15,747 bases of DNA from Candidatus Micrarchaeia archaeon (GTDB taxonomy: Archaea; Micrarchaeota; Micrarchaeia; Micrarchaeales; CABMGC01), in assembly GCA_049966395.1 (NCBI GenBank), contig JBMFUT010000016.1, forward strand, positions 1-15,747. Reading direction: 5' to 3'. The stretch's first letter is position 1. Each line of letters begins with the position of its first letter. Of the stretch, positions 6,861-14,679 are shown piece by piece. The notes beneath the pieces are model-generated. The model had not been told where the DNA came from, did not search any database, and was given only the letters and a program-made list of their open reading frames with translations. The position numbers and the translations under genes were made by a program.

Positions 6861-8438
6861 ATGGATGATGAAGGAGTTGGGAGCAGGGGAGCAAGGACGC
6901 TTTACTCTTTAATAGTAGGCAAAATAACTGGAGTAGTTATAACGGCCGTGACTTTCATAGCAGTTGCAAGGCTCCTTGGGCCAAGCGGCTATGGAATCTA
7001 CACCCTTGCATTGGGATTTTCAGCTTTCATAGGCGCGGTGGGTCATTTCGGCATAGGCACATATTTCAACAAGCATCTTGCGGAGTTCATAGCAAAGGAC
7101 GACACCAATGGCATAGTAAGCGCGCTCAACAGCGGCTATTTCATACTTGCCGCAATAGGCATTGCGCTGTCAGCGATAGGTATAGCCTTCAGCGGGCTTG
7201 CAGTTGCACATTTCTTCAAAAGTTCTGGGGTTCACGCGCTTACGCTTGAAATAGCGTCGCTTACTATTCTTTTCTCGATGCTATACGGGGCAGCTTATTC
7301 TGCGCTCGTCGGGGTAAGCAGGGGCAAGCACGCGGCGCTTGCAGCAAATTTGGTTTACACTGTTCAGCTAATTGTAGGCGTAGGACTTATACTTTCTGGT
7401 TTTGGAGTCGACGGGGCAGTATTAGGTATACTAGCAGGATACATTGTTGGGGCTGCTATGACTGGCTACTACATTGTAATGGCACTGTCGCGGTATGTGA
7501 AGATTAGAATTTACATTCCGAGCAAGGCTGAGATTGGCAATGTCCTGAGGTTTTCGCTCCCCATAGCAGCTAACAACCTTTTGAATTCTGGCATAAGCAA
7601 CTTTGCCATAATGCTTCTTGGTGTTTATGCCACTGCATACCTGCTTGGAAACTACGGCATGGCGACAAAAGGGCTGAACCTTATGCTAGTGTTTTCGGGC
7701 ACTATGACGACGGTGCTCCTAGCGACTTTCTCCTCGGCGGTAGCGAAGACAAGAAGGGAAAGAATAGGCGCATTCTACAACAAGGCGCTGCTCTACTCGC
7801 TGCTGGCGACCCTGCCGCCGATAATATACATAGGCATCCTTTCAAAGCCGCTTGTTTTCATATTCATAACAAAGCAATATTCGCTTACGCCTCTATATGT
7901 TAGCCTAATGGCCCTAGGCACCGCAATAGGATTGCCTTGGTTATACTCCAGCAGCTTCATGGTTGCAAACGGCTATGTAAAGAAGGTCCTAAAGTATGCT
8001 GCGGTTTCTGTTGCAGTGCAGCTTGCCGTTCTTCTGCTGCTTGTGCAGAGATTTACAACCATTGGAGTTATAATAGCAATATTCTTTGTAGGCAACATTG
8101 TCAGCGACTTCCTCCTTGCCGAAGGGATAAAGAAAGTAATAGGCATAAAGTACGAAACTAAAAAGCTCTTCAAGGTCATGCTTACCGGAATTGTTGCAGC
8201 GGCATTTGTATCTGTTGCGCTGCTGGTGCACAATCTATGGGTGCAGCTTTTGATAGGCGCGGCGCTGCTCCTGGCAGCGTATCCCATCGCTCTCGTTGTC
8301 GTGGGAATTGTCAACGAAGCAATGATCTCAGACATAACGAGGATTTCCAAAGGACTGCCTGTGCTAGATAAATTTATCAATTTAGAAGTATCGTATATAT
8401 ACGCGCTCTCCAAATTTTTCAGGGTAAAAATAAGCTGA
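6861..8438 (+). CDS. Wzx/MOP-superfamily oligosaccharide flippase (paralogue 1)
   Basis: 525 aa with about 14 hydrophobic helices. N-terminal ARLLGPSGYGIY motif, FSLP..AN..L and LGNYG.A motifs typical of polysaccharide exporters. Confidence 0.9.
   Translation: MDDEGVGSRGARTLYSLIVGKITGVVITAVTFIAVARLLGPSGYGIYTLALGFSAFIGAVGHFGIGTYFNKHLAEFIAKDDTNGIVSALNSGYFILAAIGIALSAIGIAFSGLAVAHFFKSSGVHALTLEIASLTILFSMLYGAAYSALVGVSRGKHAALAANLVYTVQLIVGVGLILSGFGVDGAVLGILAGYIVGAAMTGYYIVMALSRYVKIRIYIPSKAEIGNVLRFSLPIAANNLLNSGISNFAIMLLGVYATAYLLGNYGMATKGLNLMLVFSGTMTTVLLATFSSAVAKTRRERIGAFYNKALLYSLLATLPPIIYIGILSKPLVFIFITKQYSLTPLYVSLMALGTAIGLPWLYSSSFMVANGYVKKVLKYAAVSVAVQLAVLLLLVQRFTTIGVIIAIFFVGNIVSDFLLAEGIKKVIGIKYETKKLFKVMLTGIVAAAFVSVALLVHNLWVQLLIGAALLLAAYPIALVVVGIVNEAMISDITRISKGLPVLDKFINLEVSYIYALSKFFRVKIS
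6962..7009 (+). repeat. 48-bp perfect direct repeat, copy 1 (in flippase 1)
   Basis: AGTTGCAAGGCTCCTTGGGCCAAGCGGCTATGGAATCTACACCCTTGC, identical to 8565-8612. Confidence 0.97.
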
Positions 8439-8442
8439 TGGC

Positions 8443-10014
8443 GTGGCGTCAATAATAGAAAGCGTCAGTGCTACAGAACTTGGCGTGAGGAGCGCGAATG
8501 TTGCCTCGTTCGTGGTTTTCAGCAAGGTCTACTCTGTAATAGTAAGTGGAATAGCATTCATAATAGTTGCAAGGCTCCTTGGGCCAAGCGGCTATGGAAT
8601 CTACACCCTTGCGCTCGGCGCCGCCGGCGCTTTTGGGGCATTCGGATCGCTTAACATAGGTGCTTATTTCAACAAGCATCTGCCAGTGCTTGCCATACAG
8701 CGCAACAGCAGGGAGATCAACGAAGTCGTGAGCAGCGGGCTCATGCTGCTCATAGTAATAGGGCTGGCGCTTTCTTTGGTGGGCATAGCTTTCAGCAAAC
8801 CCATTGCGCTACGCATATTCCACAATTCCGAAAGCATCTTGCCTATAGAAATTGCAATGGTGAGCATAGTGTTATCAATGCTTTACGGCGCGGTATATGC
8901 CGGGCTAGTAAGTTTCGGGGCTGGAAAGAGGACCGCGCTCGCGTCTGTTGTAAACAATTCTCTTCAAGCCGCACTTAGCGTAGGGCTTGTTGTGCTCGGC
9001 TTCGGGGCCCTAGGAGCGGTGTCCGGATTCGTAATAGGACTTTTTGGGGCATCGCTGACAGGAGTCGCGATGCTTAGTAAGTACGCCAAATTCGAAATAA
9101 GCAAGAGCAGCATAAAGAAATTGTTTCCAGTGCTCTTCAAGTTCTCCTCTCCTCTTACCGGGGCAAACATAATAGGCAACCTTGTCAGCAACTTCGGCAT
9201 AATAATTCTTGGCGCGTTCTTCTTACCTGGCGTCATAGGAGCCTATGGTGTCGCGACTAAAATAGGCGCGTTCATGGATATAATAATAGGGTCTATAGGA
9301 ACAATCCTTGTGCCCATGTTCGCTTTGGCCATGGCAAAGAGCAGCATGAGGGGCAAACTGGAGAAATTTTACAACTATTCTCTGTACTTTGGGTTCCTTC
9401 TTGCGATGCCTGTTATAGCGTATGTTATTGCGCTTTCTGGCCAGATAGTTGCGACTATTTTCAGCTCGGGATATCACGCTGCTGCACTTTACATGTCACT
9501 TATAGGCGTCGGTCTCCTTATAGGCATAGTTGGCAGCTACAGTTCCGCGCTGCTTACAAGCATAGGCTATGTCAAGAAGGTATTTTACTACGCTGCCATA
9601 AGCGGAGCGCTGCAAGCCATAACGCTTGTGGCACTTTCTAAGGCAGTAGGACCGGTTGGGGTAATAATAGCGCTCTACTTCGTTGGTGGCATAGCCAACT
9701 GGCTGCTTTACGAGAATTTCATAAGAAGGCAACTGCGCATCGCCGTGCGCGCCAACATATTGAGGCTTGCGCTTGCCAACCTGACCCTTTTCTTTTTGAT
9801 ATATGCCTGTTCTATGGCCCTTGGAGGTTTAAGATATTCCTTCCAGCTCATAATAGGGCTTGTGGTGCTTTTGTTCGCTTATCCTGCCATAGTAGCTAAG
9901 TTCGGTGCAGTAAACGCCGAGCAGATGGCAATATTGGAAAAGCTGGGCAGGGGAGTGCCTATATTCGGGAAGTGGCTTGACGCAGTGGTGGCATACTTGA
10001 AAATTTTTGTATGA
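8443..10014 (+). CDS. Wzx/MOP-superfamily oligosaccharide flippase (paralogue 2)
   Basis: 523 aa, collinear with paralogue 1 (ARLLGPSGYGIYTLALG, YFNKHL, SMLYGA, GYVKKV, AYP). GTG start after a 4-nt gap from the stop of paralogue 1. Confidence 0.9.
   Translation: MASIIESVSATELGVRSANVASFVVFSKVYSVIVSGIAFIIVARLLGPSGYGIYTLALGAAGAFGAFGSLNIGAYFNKHLPVLAIQRNSREINEVVSSGLMLLIVIGLALSLVGIAFSKPIALRIFHNSESILPIEIAMVSIVLSMLYGAVYAGLVSFGAGKRTALASVVNNSLQAALSVGLVVLGFGALGAVSGFVIGLFGASLTGVAMLSKYAKFEISKSSIKKLFPVLFKFSSPLTGANIIGNLVSNFGIIILGAFFLPGVIGAYGVATKIGAFMDIIIGSIGTILVPMFALAMAKSSMRGKLEKFYNYSLYFGFLLAMPVIAYVIALSGQIVATIFSSGYHAAALYMSLIGVGLLIGIVGSYSSALLTSIGYVKKVFYYAAISGALQAITLVALSKAVGPVGVIIALYFVGGIANWLLYENFIRRQLRIAVRANILRLALANLTLFFLIYACSMALGGLRYSFQLIIGLVVLLFAYPAIVAKFGAVNAEQMAILEKLGRGVPIFGKWLDAVVAYLKIFV
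8565..8612 (+). repeat. 48-bp perfect direct repeat, copy 2 (in flippase 2)
   Basis: Identical to 6962-7009, offset 1603 bp. Confidence 0.97.
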
Positions 10015-10023
10015 AGGGATTAT

Positions 10024-10746
10024 ATGGGAAAATTATCCAAAGAGAGCAGCTTTGATGATATAACTGCAGTAATACCTACGCTCAACGAGCGCGAAAATAT
10101 AGGCATACTTATACGCTACATAGAAGAGCATTATAAGTCGATGAGGATTATGGTCGTTGACGACGGCTCCAGTGATGGCACCAAGGATGTTGTGGCAAAA
10201 GCAGCCAAAAAATATAGAAATGTGATTTTCATAGACAGGAAGGCGATGCACATGCAAAAAGGGCTCACAGCCAGCATAGTCCACGGCATAACTTCAGCAA
10301 AAACCAGGTTTGTGATAGTAATGGATGCGGACATGCAGCACCCTCCTGAGATAATCGGAAAAATCGCCCAAAAATTGAGAGATTGCAATATTGTAGTGGC
10401 GACAAGAGCAAGCGTCAAAAACTGGGCTCTTTACAGGAAAATTATCTCTAAGAGCATGATATATTTAGGTTACGCAATTCTTGTGCTCAGAAATGCGGAG
10501 CGGTGCAGCGACATATTTTCCGGGTATTTCGGCGTTGACCGCAAGCTATTTGCCGAAGTATACGCTAGAAACAAGGAGCGCTTCGTTCCCTACGGCTACA
10601 AGGCGCTTTACGATTTCCTCAAATGCATCAAGCGCGGGCAAACCGGCATATGCGAGGTGCCCTATGACTTCAGGATAAGGGAAAAGGGTTCCTCGAAGGC
10701 CGGCATAAAGCAAGGAATTGCGCTGTTCAAATCGTTTTTCTCTTAG
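10024..10746 (+). CDS. GT2 glycosyltransferase, dolichol/polyprenol-phosphate hexosyltransferase (DPM1-like)
   Basis: IPTLNERENI, VVDDGSSDGT, MDADMQHPPE (DxD), DIFSGYF and EVPYDFRIREKGSSK motifs. No C-terminal TM domain. Confidence 0.9.
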   Translation: MGKLSKESSFDDITAVIPTLNERENIGILIRYIEEHYKSMRIMVVDDGSSDGTKDVVAKAAKKYRNVIFIDRKAMHMQKGLTASIVHGITSAKTRFVIVMDADMQHPPEIIGKIAQKLRDCNIVVATRASVKNWALYRKIISKSMIYLGYAILVLRNAERCSDIFSGYFGVDRKLFAEVYARNKERFVPYGYKALYDFLKCIKRGQTGICEVPYDFRIREKGSSKAGIKQGIALFKSFFS

Positions 10747-12346
10747 AATGATCTTTGCTGGCAGAAACGAAACTGACGAAGAGTGGCGCCGGTGCCTCTA
10801 GTCGCGACTTGAGTTCAGGATGGGACTGCGTGGCGACGCCGAATTGGCCTTTCCACTCCATTATCTCCACTAGCTTGTTATCTGGCGTAACTCCGGATAT
10901 GAGCATCCCTTTCTTCTCAAAGAGTTTCCTGTAGCGGTTGTTGAACTCGTACCTGTGCCTGTGGCGCTCGTATATGAGCTCTTTGTGGTATGAGCTGAAG
11001 GCTATTGATTTCTTGTCGGTTATCTTGCAAGGCCAGGCGCCGAGCCTCATTGTGGCGCCCTTGTCCTTGATTTTTCTCTGCGAAGGTATTAGGTCTATAA
11101 CATTGTATTTTGTCTTTGCGAATTCTGTAGAGTGCGCGCCTTTCAGAGCGCACACGTTCCTGGCGAACTCCACCGCCATAAGTTGCATGCCAAGGCACAA
11201 ACCCAAGTATGGGATCCTGTTTGACCTTGCATATTCTATCGCTTTTATCTTGCCTTCTATCCCGCGCTTCCCAAAACCTCCGGGCACTATTATTCCGTCA
11301 ACGTCTCCAAGTATCTCGCCAGGCAATACGCCGCTCTTCTCGAGATCTGAAGATTCTACCCATTTTATGTCTATTCTGGTGTTGAGCGCTGCGCCCGAGT
11401 GGATAAGGGCTTCCTTGACGCTTGCATAAGAATCGCGCAGGTTAGTGTACTTTCCGACTATTGCTATCTTTACCCTGTCTTTTGGTTTCTTTATCCTATC
11501 GACTATGGCCTTCCACTTCTCCAGCTTGTCCTTGTTTATCTTCCTTTTTTCAAGATTAAGCTCGTCTATAAGCATCTTGTCGAATCCTTGAGATATGAAC
11601 CTAAGAGGCACTTCGTACAGCGTCTCTGCCGTGGAATCATCTATTATGCGCTCTTTGCCGATATTCATGAAGATAGAGAGCTTGGCCTTTGTTTTCTCTT
11701 CCAGAGGCTCATCAAGCCTGCATACCACGAAATTGGGCATTATGCCAAGCTGCATGAGCATCCTAAATGCATGCTGGGCCGGTTTAGTCTTCTGCTCGCC
11801 GACTACGTCTATTTTTGGTATGTAAGTCAGGTTTACAAAAACCACTTTCTCCTTAAGCGCCAGCTGCCTCATTGCTTCTATAAAGTAGTTGTTTTCTATG
11901 TCTCCGGCTGTGCCCCCGACTTCTATTACCAGCACGTCGAGCTTGTTTTTGTTTGCGACCTCCTTGACGTGGTCTATTATGTGATTAACAAGATGCGGGA
12001 CTATCTGCACGTCTTCGCCCAGGAAGTCGCCATGGCGCTCTTTTGCAAGTATGCCGCTGAATATCTTGCCGCCAGTCATTGAGAAATCTTTTGTGAGGTT
12101 TTTGTTTATGAAGCGCTCGTACATCCCGAAATCCATGTCTACTTCGCTTTTGTCGTCAAGCACGAAGACCTCCCCGTGCCTGTATGGATTCATGGTGCCG
12201 CAGTCGTAGTTCAGGTAGCCGTCGAATTTTAGAGGCATTATCCTGTAATCATAGAAATCGAGCATTTTCATTATTGAAGAAGTCACTATGCCCTTTCCGA
12301 GGCCGCTCATTATAGAGCCTATCACGACAACAAATTTAGGAGGCAT
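10727..12346 (-). CDS. pyrG: CTP synthase
   Basis: SGLGKG, GTMNPYRHGEVFV, EVGGTAGDIE and KTKP synthetase motifs. GATase motifs PGGFG, CLGMQ, RHRHRYE and HPE. Confidence 0.98.
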   Translation of the reverse strand: MPPKFVVVIGSIMSGLGKGIVTSSIMKMLDFYDYRIMPLKFDGYLNYDCGTMNPYRHGEVFVLDDKSEVDMDFGMYERFINKNLTKDFSMTGGKIFSGILAKERHGDFLGEDVQIVPHLVNHIIDHVKEVANKNKLDVLVIEVGGTAGDIENNYFIEAMRQLALKEKVVFVNLTYIPKIDVVGEQKTKPAQHAFRMLMQLGIMPNFVVCRLDEPLEEKTKAKLSIFMNIGKERIIDDSTAETLYEVPLRFISQGFDKMLIDELNLEKRKINKDKLEKWKAIVDRIKKPKDRVKIAIVGKYTNLRDSYASVKEALIHSGAALNTRIDIKWVESSDLEKSGVLPGEILGDVDGIIVPGGFGKRGIEGKIKAIEYARSNRIPYLGLCLGMQLMAVEFARNVCALKGAHSTEFAKTKYNVIDLIPSQRKIKDKGATMRLGAWPCKITDKKSIAFSSYHKELIYERHRHRYEFNNRYRKLFEKKGMLISGVTPDNKLVEIMEWKGQFGVATQSHPELKSRLEAPAPLFVSFVSASKDHSKRKTI

Positions 12347-12366
12347 GATGTATATGTGCAGGCAAT

Positions 12367-12375
12367 TATTAAAAA
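12367..12375 (-). promoter_or_regulatory. Putative TATA box for a near-leaderless pyrG transcript
   Basis: TTTTTAATA on the minus strand, 28-29 nt upstream of the ATG at 12346. No SD-like motif before the ATG. Confidence 0.4.
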
Positions 12376-12416
12376 TCTTGCCCGCTCTTATTTTTAGTAA
12401 ATTACATCCGGCAATC

Positions 12417-13265
12417 TTATATTTCCTTCAAAGAAAATGATCCGGCGGGAAGCTGTTGCATCAAATAATCTATATCGTCAAATTTGAATTTTCTGGCGAT
12501 TAACTTAGCCGCGTCAGATTTTTTAATTTCTCCAGGAGATATTTTTATGTATGTAAGAATATTGAGCCTTGAAACTGTCAGCGAAGGGGCTATGTTGATG
12601 CCTTTCGCGTCGACAGATATGCTGAGGCTTGGGACAAAGCTCACTAAGCTCTCGCTGGCGTTTATCTTGTTTTCCGATACGAATGCGCAAAGCTCGAGCT
12701 TGGATCCCTTGAACCATTCGCGTTCCCCTGATATCAGGAAGCTGCCTGCTGAAAGGGAGCCGTGCTCTTTGGACTTTGATACCTGGCTGCGCTTGGCAGC
12801 ATATACGTCAGCAGAAGAAAGACCCTGTTCCCACGCCCTAGAGTGGCATGCGGCAAATTGCGCTGCTTCTTCCTTCGCTTCCCTACTGGCAGATTCGCCA
12901 TTTTTCATTATTACTACTGAAGCCCCGAATATGTCGGCATGAAAAAACAGATCGCCAGCGTCGAAATACCTGGAGTTCAGCTGCTCGTTTTGCTGTGCAT
13001 CTCTGCCACCTATTACGAGCATGCCGTTGCTTGCTATGAACCAGTGAAACTTTTCATACCACTCCTTGCTGGAAATTTTCCTTATTGCTTTTGAAGACGG
13101 CTGCTGCTTCTCTTTGTCTTCGTACTCCTTCAGCTTCTGCTTGAGCTCGGCAATTGCAGCCTCTGCGCCAGACTTCTTCCGCCTTGCCTTTTTAGACATT
13201 GAAAAATAGTCCTGGGCGTTTTCTTGCGCAGATTTTGTTATGTCTATTCTGGCTTCCATGGTCAT
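12417..13265 (-). CDS. NFACT-R (DUF814) domain protein; C-terminal half of archaeal RqcH/Rqc2
   Basis: ID..KSAQENAQDYF..SKK.RRK..GA..AI coiled coil, then WYEKFHWF..S.G.LVIGGRDAQQNE, FFHADIFGAS, EAAQFAACHSRAW, QVSKS and GSFLISGEREW. ATG overlaps the secE TGA (ATGA). Alternative ATG at 13259. Confidence 0.88.
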   Translation of the reverse strand: MTMEARIDITKSAQENAQDYFSMSKKARRKKSGAEAAIAELKQKLKEYEDKEKQQPSSKAIRKISSKEWYEKFHWFIASNGMLVIGGRDAQQNEQLNSRYFDAGDLFFHADIFGASVVIMKNGESASREAKEEAAQFAACHSRAWEQGLSSADVYAAKRSQVSKSKEHGSLSAGSFLISGEREWFKGSKLELCAFVSENKINASESLVSFVPSLSISVDAKGINIAPSLTVSRLNILTYIKISPGEIKKSDAAKLIARKFKFDDIDYLMQQLPAGSFSLKEI

Positions 13266-13444
13266 ACTATGAAGTCTATAATAAGCGATATTATATAGCC
13301 TAGTATTCCTATTATCAGGATTCCGAAAAGCACTATCTTGAGCGTCCTCTTGAAAGTGGGCATGTCGGGCTTGTAGCTCACGCTTAGCACGTGCTTTGAA
13401 TCGGCATAGAACTGCTTTAACTTCTGTACAATGTCGAACTTCAT
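13262..13444 (-). CDS. secE: Protein translocase subunit SecE / Sec61-gamma
   Basis: 60 aa with amphipathic helix, VL...YKPD...F...LKI hinge and a single TM (GILIIGILGYII). Directly downstream of ftsZ. ATG at 13444 (alternative TTG at 13459). Confidence 0.9.
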   Translation of the reverse strand: MKFDIVQKLKQFYADSKHVLSVSYKPDMPTFKRTLKIVLFGILIIGILGYIISLIIDFIV

Positions 13445-13482
13445 AGAATCATTGCGCAAAGCAAGATATTATGGCAGCACAA

Positions 13483-13497
13483 TTTATAAATCCCTTT
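13483..13497 (-). promoter_or_regulatory. BRE-TATA for the secE/NFACT-R unit
   Basis: Minus strand reads AAAGGGA-TTTATAAA (TATA 13490-13483), directly after the ftsZ stop. Confidence 0.55.
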
Positions 13498-14582
13498 TAC
13501 TTGCGCGGCTCGTCATCAAAAATCTTGTCAAGATCAACTGACTTTGTTTCCTCAAGCTTGTTTTTTATTCCTGTTTCGGTGTAGTCGGCAAAGGTAACGC
13601 CTCCCATTACCACCATTATTTTGAGGCCGCTCTTCTGCATTGACGGGTCTATTCTCGCGCCCCACTTGAGCATCGCCTCATCGTTTATTCTGCTCGCGAC
13701 CTCCTGGAAGATCATTTCGGCCTCTCTCAATGTCAAGTCCTCGCCACCAATTATGTTGACAAGCGCCTTTTTAGCAGTAGAAAGATCCACGTCCAGCAGC
13801 GGGCTTTTGAGAGTGTTTTCTATGCCTATGAGGGCTCTGCTGTTAGATTGCGCTGCTATGGCTTCCCCGACTCCTATGACCGCGTAGCCTGAATCCTTGA
13901 GAACGCTCTTCAAATCGGCAAAATCCAGGTTTACCATTCCTGGCTTTGTCACCATTTCCACTATGCCCTTGGTAGCATTAGACAGCACTTCGTCGCTTAC
14001 CCTAAAAGCCATGTTTAGCGGGAGATCAGGAGCCACGGAAAGAAGTTTGTCATTTGGTATTATTATAGTAGTGTCGGTTGCGCGCTTGAGCTTCGAAAGA
14101 CCTTCGAGGGCATTTCTCATCCTGAGCCGCCCTTCTGTGGAAAAAGGTAGGGTTACTATTCCTACAGTGAGCGCACCAAGCGCCCTTGCTTCGTTTGCTA
14201 TCACAGGAGCTGCCCCGGTGCCAGTGCCTCCTCCCAGGCCGCATGTAACGAATACCAACTGGGCATCTCCGAGTATGTGCTTTACATCTGGAACTGACTC
14301 TATAGCTGCCTCCTCTCCAAGCCTTGGATCGCTTCCTGCTCCCAGACCTCTGGCGGACTTCTTTCCAAGCAGGATCTTCCTAGTAGCCTTTGTCTTTGCA
14401 AGATGCGGGGCATCGGTGTTTGCAGCAACGAGAGTTGCGCCTTCTATGTTGAGTTCAGCCATTCTAGATACCGTATTTGAACCGCTCCCGCCTACACCTA
14501 CAATATATATCTTTGGCTTTGCTGATTCTATAAATCGAAGAAGTTCTTCGTCATCAGGAGATACGAAACCATTCTCTACCAT
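13497..14582 (-). CDS. ftsZ: Cell division protein FtsZ (FtsZ1-type by synteny with secE)
   Basis: GVGGSGSN, NTD, GLGAGSDP, tubulin signature GLGGGTGTG, PF..EG..R and NLDFAD T7 loop. Confidence 0.98.
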   Translation of the reverse strand: MVENGFVSPDDEELLRFIESAKPKIYIVGVGGSGSNTVSRMAELNIEGATLVAANTDAPHLAKTKATRKILLGKKSARGLGAGSDPRLGEEAAIESVPDVKHILGDAQLVFVTCGLGGGTGTGAAPVIANEARALGALTVGIVTLPFSTEGRLRMRNALEGLSKLKRATDTTIIIPNDKLLSVAPDLPLNMAFRVSDEVLSNATKGIVEMVTKPGMVNLDFADLKSVLKDSGYAVIGVGEAIAAQSNSRALIGIENTLKSPLLDVDLSTAKKALVNIIGGEDLTLREAEMIFQEVASRINDEAMLKWGARIDPSMQKSGLKIMVVMGGVTFADYTETGIKNKLEETKSVDLDKIFDDEPRK

Positions 14583-14617
14583 AATATTACCCAGTCGCCT
14601 TCAAGATATTTGTAGAT

Positions 14618-14640
14618 AAAAAAACATATAAAGTTATTTA
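14618..14640. promoter_or_regulatory. Candidate bidirectional TATA between divergent ftsZ and dhs
   Basis: Plus strand: A7-C-ATATAAA (14626-14632). Minus strand: AAATAAC-TTTATATG (14632-14625). Confidence 0.45.
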
Positions 14641-14679
14641 TGCCAAGAAGATTGTCATATTATCGACGTGAGTGGTATA

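Noticed and set aside
6962..8612. 48-bp repeat as a CRISPR repeat, IS end, att site or DGR TR/VR pair
   Set aside because: Only two copies, both in frame at homologous positions of paralogous CDSs. There are no adenine-specific mismatches and no cas, transposase, integrase or reverse transcriptase gene in the window.
10917..12082. ORFs overlapping pyrG (for example 10938-11429 and 11399-12082)
   Set aside because: Antisense or out-of-frame shadows of CTP synthase.
13621..14619. 240-aa and 88-aa plus-strand ORFs opposite ftsZ
   Set aside because: Codon-register antisense shadows of ftsZ with no independent protein features.
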